Shown: positions 1 to 13,221, counted from the stretch's first letter. The stretch: 50,580 nt of DNA from Girardia tigrina (GCA_001938485.1 MQRK01208805.1:1-50580), one strand, 5' to 3'. Translations and numbers: made by a program. The notes: generated by a model from the letters alone, not told the origin.

Positions 1-534
1 AGGCCCTTAGCAACGGTTGCCATGGTAACGGTCACCTAGCAACCGAGATCAGGTTACTGGCCCTTAGCAACGGTCCTTTGGTTACCGTTACCCAGTGACC
101 CGGAACCGTTACCAAGTGAGGCTAGGGTGATGGCGACCGTTGCTAGGGAACCGTGGACCAATCAGAAGCGTTTCTAAGGTGATCGCGACCGTTGCTAAGG
201 TGATCGCGACCGTTGCTAGGGTGATCGCGACCGTTGCNNNNNNNNNNNNNNNNNNNNNNNNNNNNNNNNNNNNNNNNNNNNNNNNNNNNNNNNNNNNNNN
301 NNNNNNNNNNNNNNNNNNNNNNNNNNNNNNNNNNNNNNNNNNNNNNNNNNNNNNNNNNNNNNNNNNNNNNNNNNNNNNNNNNNNACCGTTGCCATGGTAA
401 TCGCGACCGTTGCTAAGGTGATCGCGACCGTTGCTATGGTAACCGTGACCGTTGCCATGGTAACCGCGACCGTTGCCATGGCAACCACGGTAAATAGTTA
501 CGAACCCCCCCCCGGGGGGGGGTCTGGTGGAGAA
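1..534. repeat. 21-bp tandem repeat array (GATCGCGACCGTTGCTAAGGT-like, RFX X-box rich) ending in a C9G9 hairpin; probably the end of a non-autonomous element
   Basis: Repeated unit at 181-237 and 385-490 across an N gap; C9G9 palindrome at ~505-522; degenerate inverted relative at 2733-2850. Confidence 0.8.
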
Positions 535-539
535 CATAC

Positions 540-1047
540 ATTTTTCCCCTACTTATAAATGATTGCAGAATATCATATGTAGAATAGTATCTAATGGATA
601 GACGCTGTGCAAGTTCACGGGTGCTTATTCGTCTCTCTTCAGACACGATCTTCATGCGCAAATCACTTTTCCCGTGTAAAATATCACACGGTCGTCCTGA
701 TCTCTCAGCATCAAAAACGGATTGTCGGCCATGTTTAAAGTCTCTAATCCAATTATACACTGTTGCACGAGATGGCACTGGTCACCGTAAGCTTACTGCA
801 CTTGCTGAAAAATATCGCAGCTTTTATATTGCGCAGGAGCAGAAATTTTATCATGCTGCGATATTCGACGTAACTGTCCATGTCTACAGTAAAAAGTGAA
901 ATAATGGCTGTACGCACCACTCACACACACAGGTTGGTATGACGAGTCATATCTGTTACCAATGATAGCTCATCTATTTATAGTATCAACGGCATATACA
1001 TCAATCTTATTTATCAACGAATCTAAGGACTTAGGGATCCCACCACG
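540..1047 (-). mobile_element. mariner transposon 5' fragment (TIR plus frameshifted HTH region)
   Basis: Minus strand MDSYVEYRSMIKFLLL (ATG 881) /fs/ YGDQ.PSRATVYNWIRDFKHGRQSVFDAERSGRP; putative TIR at 1022-1047 followed by TA at 1048-1049; 3' part replaced by the repeat array. Confidence 0.85.
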
Positions 1048-3469
1048 TAACTAATTACAGATTATGAACAAATAAAAATTAACTGTCAAAAAATATATAA
1101 ACGTATCACTAATGTCACTTTTACGTTAGATAGGCAAAAATAGTCAAAAACGTATATTGATAGAATCTTTTATTTCTTTCTTTGTTTGGTTGAAAATATT
1201 CGTTAGTTAAGCTCGAGAGATAATGTATTTGAGACCAAGATTTGATTTATTTTCACAATTTAAAGAGATATTTCGGCAGTCTGAATCATCAATGCCGGAA
1301 TTATTCTAATTATGATTATAACTTTGTCATTGATTATATTAATTAGTTATTTAAATTTTTGAAATTTAATAATTGCCTATGGAAATTTATTATTGTCTTT
1401 TTCTCTTTCATTCACTAATGTCTGACTTCCTTGATCTTTTCCTCTGTTTTAACGTATCTTCCTCTTCTTTCTTGGGAACCAAAAAGAATATAAATAAATA
1501 AAAAAACATTACTTTGAAGATTATTATTATTATGTAAAATTATAATTATAGGAGAAAGCATTTATCATTGAAACCTAAAAGTCTTATCATAGGGTGAAAG
1601 GTAGACTAACATTCGATAATCATTTCATTTTCTTCCAAAACTCCTAATAAATTCTAGAATATTCTTTCATTTTATTCACAAAAGAAAAAGTTCCTATCAT
1701 TTGAAGCTTTAAAATTTGAAAACTAACAAATAAATATTATTAAAAATCAACAAATGAGAATTTAAATCTTTATGGTGTATTGTTTATTAATTGGAATAAT
1801 ATCCCAAACTTCCAAGCAAGCAGTTTTTATTTTATAGGTTCTGTTTATAAAACGGAACACACTGATTTACCATTTTGACTTTCCTTGATTTTAGTTCGCC
1901 CATCATTTTATAAATGTCATGGGCGTTTATGACCAGTGTTTCAAGTCGTTTTGCTTCATTGTATTCTTGATCTATTCTACTATATTCATTGGAAATTTAA
2001 TGTCTTCTGTAGTCTTTATTTTTAAGAAATCTAGTTTCCCAAAGCCATTATATTCTCATTTTTTCTATGAAATTTAATTTCGATCTTGTTGAATTAAGAT
2101 AATTATAATATTCGTGAATATTCTCTCCTTTGAGGTGCTTTCGATACGAAGGAGATTTTGTGTAAGTAAATATCTCTGAATATGTTAAAAAAAGATAGCT
2201 CAATACATGTTTATCTACTCAGACAGTAATTGTTTGTATGACTTAAAGTAAAGGGATACAAATTTTTAATGGAACTTGTTAAGTTATTAACTTTGATTAT
2301 AATATAGTTATTCTTTCCAAAATATTCTTCAATTGGAGGATGTGGAAGAAGTGCTTCTTCTTTTATAATATTAAGTATGTCATTTTCAATGTATTCTACC
2401 GAATCTTTAAATGTCACTTTCCTTTTAATGATGTGATTAAGAAATTTTGATTCAATCTGAGTATTTTGATGTATTTGAGTAATTATGTGAACAATCAACA
2501 CTTTGGTGACTGAGAGAGACTGATGGTATTTTCTTTATTAGCCCAAAATTGTATAATATATGGACATAGATTGAAATTCCATAGCTTCTTCGACTTGCAA
2601 CACAAATTCTGAACCACAAGTTTGAATAAAACAGTTCCTTTCGTTGTTTAGGGCAAATTCTATTTTGGGAGGTAGGAGTAATGGATATTTGTCTATGTCT
2701 ATTTCATAGAAAGTTTCTTTAAGTTTCCTAAGCAACGCTTCTGATTGGTCCCCGGTACCTTAGTAATGCTTCCTATCACTTTGCAACCATAAAAATCACC
2801 TTAACGACTAATCAAATCCGGTTAACAACCATCAAATTTGTAACTATTTCCCTCTGAGATATATCCATGGGATTGTACGTATCTTCGATTAATTAGGTAC
2901 AATTGCAAATCAACAGTATTTTTTTTCAAAAACTTAAATGTAGTGCCATTATTCTAATATATTATTTAAATTTTTGGCTCCATCCAAACTTGATTTAAAT
3001 ATTAGTATGGGCTTCTAAGATATATATATGAACTTTGTTTGTCGCGTACACATGAAATTGGGTCACAAAATATTCTCCAAATAATTAAAATTGGTTGTTT
3101 TTCCATGAGCCATCCAAACTGTCAAATATTCCGTAATATTTTTACATTTTTAATACAACAATATCATATCCTAAATCTGTTTAAAAATGTCTCTTGTAAA
3201 GTGAAGAAATCTATTGGAAATTGAGTATTTGTAAAGTTACAATTTTATGATATTTTCATCAACTTTCAGCTCAATCTCGTTCAAAAGATTCTTACTACTG
3301 GGAATACATCACACATTCTGAAAAATAACATTCTAACAAAGGACAAATGATCTATATGATCCACTGTTGATTAATAGTTAATTAATAATAAGCTATAAAA
3401 ATATTCTTAAACTTATTATTAAAAAAATGTATTTATAAATAATTGAATGTCTTGTAAAAATAGTCATCA

Positions 3470-3688
3470 AATCGACGAAATCGGGAAATCGACACCGATA
3501 CACGTAGCGACATCAAAACAACATGGGATACATTGGTAGAGCTGATGCCTATGTTAAGAATGGACGACATAAACGCCCAAGACGCGGATGGACGGACAGC
3601 ACTACATTCAGTGGTACACTGTGGCCACAAGGAGGCTTGAATATTTTTGATCAACAACGGAGCTGATCCCAATATTCACACAGGTGTG
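3470..3688 (+). pseudogene. ankyrin-repeat pseudo-exon
   Basis: STPIHVATSKQH /frameshift/ ..MDDINAQDADGRTALHSVVHCGHKEA*IFLINNGADPNIHTG then GTGAGT donor; one frameshift and one in-frame TGA. Confidence 0.85.
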
Positions 3689-4302
3689 GTGAGTCGCATA
3701 CAAATTTTCGATCTTATTAATTCTTAATATATTATGATCCTTTTTTTTCGGGTTAATTAATTATTGAGAATTTATAAGGACGATTTACTGATTAATGGAG
3801 ATTAATCCTCCAAATTTAATTACTGACGAAAATGATCATTTTTGGAAAAAAATAATTAATTTAAATGTTTCCGCAGGAAGAAAGATAATTGAATAATATC
3901 GGTATTTATTTACCATTTAAAAATTTTTAATTTTTTGTTAGTATTTTTCATGACTTCTTTTATGTCAGACATTGCCAGCTTCGACTTAAATTGAATATGG
4001 TGGAGTTTCATTATTTCCACTCTAACAAATGAAAAGTTGTACAACATCACATTATCTGGAGACCGATAAAAATATAGCATTTGTTACCATGTTGGTCAGA
4101 TTACACAATATACCTCATAATCAGCATTAATAAACATTATCTGGGTGTTAACGTGTCATATTTAGTTTCTCCAATCATTAGTTCCTCCTTCCAAGATTAG
4201 GTGATTGTTATTTTATATACGCTACTGAAGTGGGAGTTTCCATGGCCGTTCCCATTTGCAAAAAACAAGGAAAAGATAGAATCGGATACAAAATTTATTG
4301 AT

Positions 4303-4781
4303 CACTATTAGTGGTTCTTGGGACATCGTCGGAATTATTAGTTGCAGACATTAAAACTTTTATTATACCACAAAAATGTTTAAATCTAATATTTAAACAA
4401 ATTTATTTTTTTTGAGAAACTATTTGTTTTATAAATCTTAAACCGATATAAATAAAAATACTTATAAATATTCATATTTGATTTTTTATTACGTCTATAA
4501 TCAATTTTAAATTACGATAACACTTTAAAATATTTAATCGTTTCATTTAATTTTATTACTTTTTTAAAATCGTTTCACATAAAAATTATACACTTTTTTT
4601 ACTTTTTATATTATATTAAAACTCTCAAAAAATTTTTATTAGCAATTTAATTGCTCTTCCTTATTTTAGTAATTTTGTTTTTTTTCAAATGTTACATATT
4701 TAATTATATAAAAATTTTAATTTGTACATATTTAATATAAGCTTCTTTCAAAAATTTTCCTAACATTTTTAATTCCTAACA
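4303..4781 (+). repeat. dispersed ~480-bp repeat; copy lacking the mariner insertion
   Basis: Near-identical to 23550-23948 joined to 25202-25284. Confidence 0.9.
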
Positions 4782-7700
4782 ATCACAAAATAAATTTTAT
4801 ATGATTTTTCGGCAGTTCGCTCACGGTTAAAAAATGTCTAAATTGGTTTTGAATTTGTGACACTCGATTTATTTCCATTGAACCATTAAAACAATTGTTT
4901 TCGTTTTTTTATTTATACATTTAATTTCATGTGGAAAAATTCTTGGGTCGATTGATCCCGATATTCTTTGTGAAAAAAAACTTCTGGGAATTTTAATTTT
5001 GTAATTATTAAATAGATTTGCGATAAAAAAATAAAAGAAATTCAAATTACATTTAAATAATATTTAAATTTGTTAAAATTTTAGCGTGGTTTGATTTTTT
5101 TGTGGGAAATGTTTACTACAACTACATTATGGATGAACAATAGACTGCAATTTGTAGTCAGGTATCTTTCGTATTATATTTGATCAATAATGTAGAGAAA
5201 TTACAATATATTCAATTACAAACTCAGATTAATTACGTGTCAGTTACTGAAAGGTAAAATCCTTTGCAGCTGCAGCTTTTTCTACTACAAACAACTAGTT
5301 TTTTTATTTTAAATTCAGAAATGTAGTACTATTTCCTCACCTATTTAACGACTTGGTTTGATTGTTAACGCCATGTTTCTAAATATATGATGCTTTTATC
5401 GGTTTAAACGTTTTAAAACAAATTTACCATTGAAATGAGCATTGTTAACTCCATTTAAATATCTGGAAAAACAAACGTAATTCGTGTTCGATTGTCGAAT
5501 GAATTTCAACTCGGCTTTAGTGCAACAAAAAGCTTCGTGAAAAATCGTAGAGCATATGGAAAGAACGTAGTAACCAATAGAAAAAAAACATAATTAATCA
5601 TAAACCTTTATTTTAGTTTATTAAACTCTAGCAAATGCACCACGCGCTAGGAGACAGAATGATTTAAGTACAACAAATGGGTGGTCGTTTCTTTCAGGGA
5701 AATCGAAAAGATCTCAAAGACCGATACTATAGACCCCAAAGGAAGCTGATCGGGGTGCTGCTAGTGACTCTTTAGTTTTGGTGGAAAGAGATGGGAGGTC
5801 TACACTATATCTCCATGGCTTTTTTACCTCGCTTATTTCCCCATTAAGTTGAGTCCTTTTTGAATTGATTTTTAAATTGTCTTACCACTGGTTATCATCA
5901 AAGGAACGAATTCCACAAAGTTCTAAACAACATTTGACATTTTAAAAATTTTATTATGTATCTGATTGACTTGTATAGGGGTACCTATTTCGGAGTACCT
6001 GAATGTAGGTAAACGATCACAACTCACATCTACGTCCAATTACAAAAGTTCAATATAAATTACACATGAAACAGCTTCCTAAAGAAAATATTTTTACTTT
6101 CATTTGGAAAAAACTTATTAGATTCACTAATATAATATTCATCATAATTTTTTTGATCCGTTCTGATATACTTCTTAGAATATTTGCTCAAAATTCAATA
6201 TGTTTATTAATTTTTTATATCGGATGTAGTCATAAAGTGTATTGCAATCTATCATTTGCTTGACCGTTTGTACATAATTTGATGCTACTGCTTTTAGTAT
6301 TATACGTTGTTTGATGCTGTTTTGTACGGCTTTCTACTTTTAATGTAGCCATAGTAATACATGATAAATATCTTTCAAGTACGATATTATCGTTTTCTGA
6401 AAAGTTGAAATTTTACTAAAGCGACAGACCTCAAAGTTAAATTTAATACAAGTAAAGTGTACGATGAGTCGTCATTGACGACCTCATAAAACACTACAAA
6501 ATCTGTCCATCCAATGCCAAATTATGCTGCTACCACTACCAATAGACATTTGTCAGGCAGGAGTGACTCCCGTATTCTGATTGGACGATGTTATTATGCT
6601 CGTACTGAGTCCCAGCTAATCGATATTTCTCACAATTTGTTCTACGAAATCTGCCATTGCATTTTATTAATCATTGATCACACTAGAACAATGAAAGATC
6701 CTTATCGAACCGGGATCAGGGGATATTGTGAATATTATTGGATCAAATAGATCAAGAGAGTTTGTGTCACTGAACATAAGAATTCAAGATCAACAATAAC
6801 GTTATATAATTTATAATTAACTAATTGTTTTATTTGTTTTAGACCTTTGAAAATCGTTTGTTCATTTAAATAAAATATTTTCTTGTAATTTGTTTCTTTT
6901 TTGTTGTCTCGTTTTATGATTTAGGAATATCAATGTCGAGAAAGTTGCTCTACCTGCAGACTCCAAAACATATTTCTCCAAAAGTCTTACTGTTGATTCC
7001 TTTATTCAGTCTGATGTAACTCCAAATTTAGAGTGCAAATAAGCTTCGAGATTTACAACGTCTTATGACAATTAAATTAGACCTAAAAATACATTTTTGT
7101 AAATTCTCATTAGAATCTCCAATCCATTTTTCTTTTTGACTCCAATGACATCAAATATCATCCGAGACACAAAATTTCATTAACTTTTCAACATGATTGA
7201 AGACGTAATGAATCTATCTCGTAAGGATGATTGGAAGGTCTACATAACAGGTAAATGCCATTCATAAATCACATTTCAAGAAATAAGAAGAATATTCGAG
7301 ACAGAGTATATTCCACAAAATTCTCAACTATGAGCATCGAACTGTGCTCCACGATCTCTCATTTTTGGAATAATCACTAAGTCTCACAGATTTTAAAAAT
7401 TGATTAAAATAATCTGATATTTCTTTGCAGCCAGACAAAATATTTGTAACACCCAAAACTTGTTCACATAGGTGCTACAGAAGAGAGACATTTGGTGGCA
7501 GGGTCCCTGGGACAAGACTGAAGCATTAAATGAGTCCAGGTACATGCCAAAAGAAGGGGAGATTTACTTTATTTTATAAATAATTTGATGAATTTCAAAA
7601 ATTTAACTCTAATTAATTTGGTAGAAAAACGGATTCTCAAAAATGAGTGATATAAATTCACAATTTATATCATTATGTTTGAATTGTTTCCTTTGAACGG

Positions 7701-8899
7701 ATCCTGAGTCATAACTGTTGGTTACTAAATGTTACTTTGTTTAGGCAGAACTTTAAAGAGTCAAGTAATTTGTGAGGCGGTACCCAGGAGGGGCCATGAA
7801 TAATTTGACTATTTGAGAGTTGGAGTGCGTCTTAACAATTCACATGGTTTCATAAATAATGACGATCTTACGAAGAGTAATTTGTTATGGTTGTTATTTA
7901 TATCGCATGTATTAAAGATAATAATAATAAATCTGTTATTGTATCAAAGAAGTCATATAACCCATGCTAATCAGCTCCTTAGTAGCCATAACAACTGACT
8001 GGGTTGTGGGGGCAATGTTAATGGATTATGTGTTTATCCTCTATTTCTCGTTCATAGAATTCTTTCGGAATCGAATTCTCGCCGGAGATCCTTTATTCCA
8101 GAAGTTATTGAGAGATCCTTGTTGAGATGAAGATTCTCTATGAGAGATACAATCGGATAAAGTGTCAGTATCAATCACAAGAGGGAATGTCTTACAATTG
8201 CTATTGCTGCTGTCTCTGTGGCGAATGTGTCGGTGTTGTTTTTGAGGGCAGCTGCAAACGATAGAACAGTTTTACAGTTACTCAAATAAATCGTATCCAA
8301 CAGAAAATTTGAATTTCATATTTATTTCATAGAATATTTGAATTCATAACACCAAACCTTTATTAATACAACACAAAGATAGAAAATAAAACATATAAAT
8401 TTATAAAAATTAAAAAGAAGAATGCATTTAATCCAAAGATCTTTTGAAAAAGTAAAATAAACTATTTTCTTCAAATAATTACAGAAAAAGGAATGAGAAG
8501 AATTCTTATTTTGAAAATATTTGTAAGTTTATAGATATAAAAATTTAAAATATTAGTAGCAGAAAAAACAAAATGAAATGTTTTAAAATCATATTTTAAC
8601 AACATTTAGCCATTATAATCGATATAGTTAGCACATTCACTCAGATATCCGCCTGTAATCGTATTGACATTTTTGTAGAGTTCAAAAAATACTCAACGGA
8701 TAATTCCGGAATAATTTCATAGAACTATTGAAAATTGAGAAAAGTAGAAAATTTATTTAAAATTCAAATTTTCACAAAAAATGTAATTCGAATAAACAAA
8801 TTTTTTTTATTTGTGTTATAAATAATTTATATGGTAATTTTAATATATTTAATCTATATGTATAAATATTTATAAAAAAAATTAATTTTCTAAATTTTT

Positions 8900-9973
8900 C
8901 TTACAAAGGTGACCACTACAGTCATAATCGCTGATAATATGACGAAGACGTTTGTTTGCTCTTCGATACTCAATCCTACATAATCTTTCTGAATTTCAAG
9001 TGCGACAAATATTTCAACTTTATTTCGTAAAAGTCATTTTCAGAGTACTTCGCAGATAAGCGTCGAGTTGCCTGTTTGAAATAAAACATTCAGCCACATA
9101 TTCAACATAGTAAAATGACATGTATTGTATTTGTAGCGGCTTTTTTGCAAATTCAAAACTGAAATTAGATGGTCTTTTTCCTCGATTAATTCTTTCAATC
9201 ACATATCAACCCCCTTTGATATATATTTGGAGTTGTTGTTTGGTAAAAGAAAACAGATAAATGACACGAAGCGCTTATCTCTGTAAAGTTATCACCCAAA
9301 GTTGGTAAAAATGCTTTAAAAGGCTCTATCAGCAAGCTAAGTATTGTATCTGTACAGGAGACGACGAAATTAATCCAATAATTAATTCTGAATCATCTTA
9401 TTCGCTGTAATTAGGGCTACCATATGATTTAGATAAAAAAGCGGGACGTTTCAGTTTTTATACGTTCAAGATATTTTGTTCGTTTCAAATATTTTTCTTT
9501 ACTTCTACCAAATCAACCAACAAATTATATTAGTCGAATAGAGCATCCTGGTTTATTGTATTTGGAGTTTTTTCCCATATCATGAACTGATAAAATGATA
9601 CGATTTTTCAATTTCAGTCCTAGCTTTCCCTCATCTCCTTTAACGTAAAATCCTTTAATCTCCTTTAAAGAAAATCCAATTAATTATTACCTTGTTTAAA
9701 TAAATTTTGAAAACCTAAATAAGATAAAATGAGCTGTTTATTGCAAAATTTAATTTGTCAATAATAAAAGTAATATGATTAATGATAGTAATTAATAATA
9801 ATAATAATAGTAATCGCATTGAAAATACCATTGAAAGATGAATGCTGATATTTTTCATTTTACTTTGAAAAATAATTTTTTGGTATAAATATGTATGTAC
9901 CAAAAACGTGGGGCCCTCCAACGCGCGGGGCCTTGCGCGGTCGCACGTGTTCGTCCCCCTGAAGCCGCCTCTG
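8900..9973 (-). mobile_element. degenerate hAT transposon remnant
   Basis: Terminus CAGAGGCGGCTTCAGGGG (minus strand from 9973) with GC-rich subterminal region; AECFISNRQLDAYLRSTL resembles the hAT dimerization motif ERSFS..K.YLRSTM. Confidence 0.5.
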
Positions 9974-10489
9974 ACATATATACACTAGGGAAATAATTTT
10001 GCCAACACTAACATTTTTATAAAAGACATCAAAAATCAAAGAATTTCGTTTCGATTTTTTTAACAATATATTTATTGACTATTTATGCAATTACCATAGA
10101 AAATAATATTTTAAAAATATTTATAGTTTTGGATCATTTCTAGTTTTTATGATTTATTGCATGCTCAAAGTGAGAAATAATTTTACCGACTAGTGACATT
10201 TTGTTTAAAATAATTTGTGTTAGTGGCATATTTATGATCTGTGTTGCTGTGATGTACTGAAACCCGCCTTCTCAAACCTCATTGTACAATTTCATAATAG
10301 ATTTGACTCATTTCTCGTCTGAAAATCGTTTGGTTAACAATGGCGCGTGGCAAACTTTTAACGGAAGCCGAAATGGCGAAAATATCCACATTAAAAGATT
10401 ACACGAATATGTCAAACCGTCAGATGGCAAATATTGTAGAATAGTAGTAGAATTATGTAAATAGATTAATGAAAATGTATTGCATCATA

Positions 10490-10750
10490 GTTTATCAACA
10501 TCGATAACGTACTATACGGCTTGAACAACACAGTGGCTTACATGCATGATATAATTGTCGCATCCCGCAACACTGACGAGCACCGCGTTAAATGAGCACC
10601 GCCGATGTTCTCAACTGAATCAAGACTCACCAAATCAAAATCAAACCGGAGAAATGTAAGTTTTATAGACCCAGAGTTCAATTCTTAGGACATAACATCT
10701 TAGCCGATGACATCACACCTTTCAACAGCAGATTTAAAATCATTAAAGAA
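10490..10750 (+). mobile_element. Gypsy/Ty3 reverse transcriptase fragment
   Basis: NVLYGLNNTVAYMHDIIVAS...EH...IKIKPEKCKFYRPRVQFLGHNI (decayed YxDD, K.EKC.F and FLGH motifs). Confidence 0.85.
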
Positions 10751-11039
10751 ACCTTAGACGGAAACCACTGTTAGGGGTTTTTTGGTGATCTTTAAATTTT
10801 TGGAAATTTTTAAATTGAAAATCATATTTATAATCAAAATAATGTTTTACTAATTAAAATGATTTTTTTTAAATAAAATGAACTATTAAAGAAAATTTCC
10901 GTATGTAAAATTAAATTTTAAAATAATGTAAGTGTAATTCGAGGAAAAAAATATTCCTTTGTTTAAATCGGTGATCGTCGAAGTAGTTTTATAATTCGAA
11001 ATAAATCTTACTGCAAACGCCTTGCGTTTCGCTTTTATT

Positions 11040-11490
11040 ACAAGCTATCGTGGCAAAACAGTGATCACTCCAAAGATGGTGATTCTCTCGGTGTTGGCGG
11101 NNNNNNNNNNNNNNNNNNNNNNNNNNNNNNNNNNNNNNNNNNNNNNNNNNNNNNNNNNNNNNNNNNNNNNNNNNNNNNNNNNNNNNNNNNNNNNNNNNNG
11201 GGAAGGCAGTCCGATTGGTTTTCGGTTGGGAGTGTTGCGGCCTGTCTGAGGGTGATGTCGAGGCCGAAGACGTTTGCCGAGGGGATCGGGGAGGTGTCAG
11301 TGGCACCGGCTGGTCGTTGGTTATACCTCTTAGGCGATTCAATGAATCGCGTTCGGGAACGGCAGAACAGTCGGCGGGGAGCTCAAACCGGGTCGCGGGA
11401 CGCAAGCGATCCAAGAACGGGTCACATGAGGTACGGCATTCAAGAAGCGGATCACGAGAGGCGCGGGCGATCGAGAAACAACTTGCTATA
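11040..11490 (-). mobile_element. Gypsy gag C-terminus/protease remnant
   Basis: Minus-strand LFCRSRTRFIESPKRYNQ (decayed C..H.RFG..A..C) and, after the N gap, ANTERITIFGVITV (protease AANG..I..YG motif). Confidence 0.5.
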
Positions 11491-11494
11491 TCCC

Positions 11495-13221
11495 AAGATA
11501 TTTCAATGGTCGTGATATTGAACTTTGGTGCAAAAGGTGCTTGTGGTGTCAAACAGCAAAGTAACGCGGCAAACCAAACCGCCAGTGCTCACATTTGCCA
11601 CAGCTAATAGTTTTCACACCAACCATATGGATCTGGTGGGATCCTTGCCTGCGTCACAGGGATACACGTATTGAGTGTTTAGTGTGTTTGTGAAAATAAA
11701 TACAAAAAAAACACAATTACTTTCTTTATAAAAATATATATTAATATTAACAATTCAGTTACAAATATAAGTGAGAACAATATTTTATTTGGTCCCTAGC
11801 CGATTTTATATTTGAGGACCGAGAGCCTTAACGACAACTCGGATTTTTGTAAATTTTAAAGTTTTTGGTTCACACTTTACAGAGTGGTTTATATAAAAAG
11901 ATATATTATATTAAAATATGACTTCTTTTTTTCGTCTTTTCTTTTGTCGTATTTTTTTAACCCTTTCGTTGCAATTTCAATTGTTTTTCTATATGTAGTA
12001 AGTTTCGACTTTTATACTATAGTAAGCGTTCGTTTACGTAATTGTAATCTAATCAGGCCACTCTCCAAAATCGGTTCCAATCTAGTTATTTGATATCGGT
12101 CTAGACTCACAAATTGTTAAGAAGTCTGGCTCATTTCAAAATATTTGACCTTTTATATTATAATTTTTTAAATTACTTTCTTTTTAAATTAATTGTATTT
12201 ATTATTTTTATTCTTTTGTTTATTATTTCCTCTAACTAATCTAAATTTGCTTTTCTTTTATTTATTTAAACTTTCTTATTTTCTTTATTTATTTATATAA
12301 AAAATATAATTTTATCTTTCTTATCATAAATATAGCATTTATGAAAAAATATAATTATTTACTAATATTTATTAATTTAAACAAATACATAATAAATTAT
12401 AAAATTTAAAATATCACCTCAACACACGTACCGGGGTTCACCATTGTTGATCGAAACTCCTGCGGTCCAGAGGCATTTTCCTCTTAGAAATATTATTTCT
12501 GATGCGATCGTCCGAATATTCGTCAACAATTAAAATCTCCAGATTCGGAGTTCCAAAGCTCATAATACCTGATCAAGGCAGATAATTCGAGTCAATATTT
12601 TTCCAGGACTAGTCACAATACCCTTGGTACACAGCACCTGAGAACCACGACTTTTCATCCCCAGAGCAACGGGATAGTCGAACTATTCCACAGGAACCTA
12701 CAGAATTCCTTCAGAGCCAGATCCATCAGTCGACAATGGACAAAGCAACTTTCTTTCATCCTACATAATTGGAGGAACATCCCAAGCAATAGACACGGGT
12801 GCTCTCCTGCTCAAATGTTATTCGGTACTAACCCTACTCTCATTAACGACCTAGTCTTTAACGATAGCCCAACCTCAGACTTTCACCTCGAAATGGCCAG
12901 GAGACACTTTGGTAATCTGGATACCACCCCCCAACCAATGATGCACGGAGCACTTTCATACCTCATTCATTATTTGAATTTAAGTTTTTCTGGTTAAAAT
13001 CAGAAAATCCCACATCTCTCAAAATGCGTTACACGGGTCCTCATCGGGTGATTTCATTCAACCCAACGTCCAACACAGCATCCATCAAATTTCAAGGTAA
13101 ACCACGATCCGTAAACGTAGAAAAATTGAAACCAGCGTCGCATGTGAAGGACGAAATTAGTCTTGAAACAGTTAAACATATACAACACAAGCGGGTCACG
13201 TTTTCAAAATGGACATCGTAA
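11495..13221 (+). mobile_element. Gypsy integrase pseudogene with GPY/F region, split by an insertion
   Basis: RDIELWCKRCLWCQTAK..HMDLVGSLPASQGYTY | TIVDR..SRFGVPKLIIPDQGR*FES..RTTTFHPQSNGIVELFHR..SPAQMLFG..RYTGPHRVI..VNVEKLKP; possible 3' LTR start TGTAG at ~13300. Confidence 0.92.
11671..12422. mobile_element. non-autonomous AT-rich DNA element inserted in the integrase
   Basis: Flanked by TACACGTA (11663-11670) and CACACGTA (12423-12430), a 7/8 TSD; short imperfect termini TTGAG..CTCAA; integrase motifs resume after it. Confidence 0.7.

Noticed and set aside
1-490. CRISPR-like array
   Set aside because: Head-to-tail repeats without unique spacers, eukaryotic context, no cas genes; the same applies to 18812-20465
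109-537. ORFs with ATVAITL / HGNGR repeats
   Set aside because: Translation artefacts of a 21-bp tandem repeat plus an N gap
1981-2735. Alternative genetic code (TAA or TGA read-through)
   Set aside because: Host exons are stop-free under the standard code, the mariner ORF ends in a normal TAA, and stop-containing regions also have frameshifts; ordinary decay explains them
5620-6420. Possible non-LTR 3' end or Helitron 3' end (CTAG, structured GC patch, CxxC)
   Set aside because: No CTAG|T junction with a proper hairpin and no convincing protein motif
6400-8280. Several decayed coding-like stretches (e.g. ILIEPGS protease-like)
   Set aside because: Too degenerate to assign by eye
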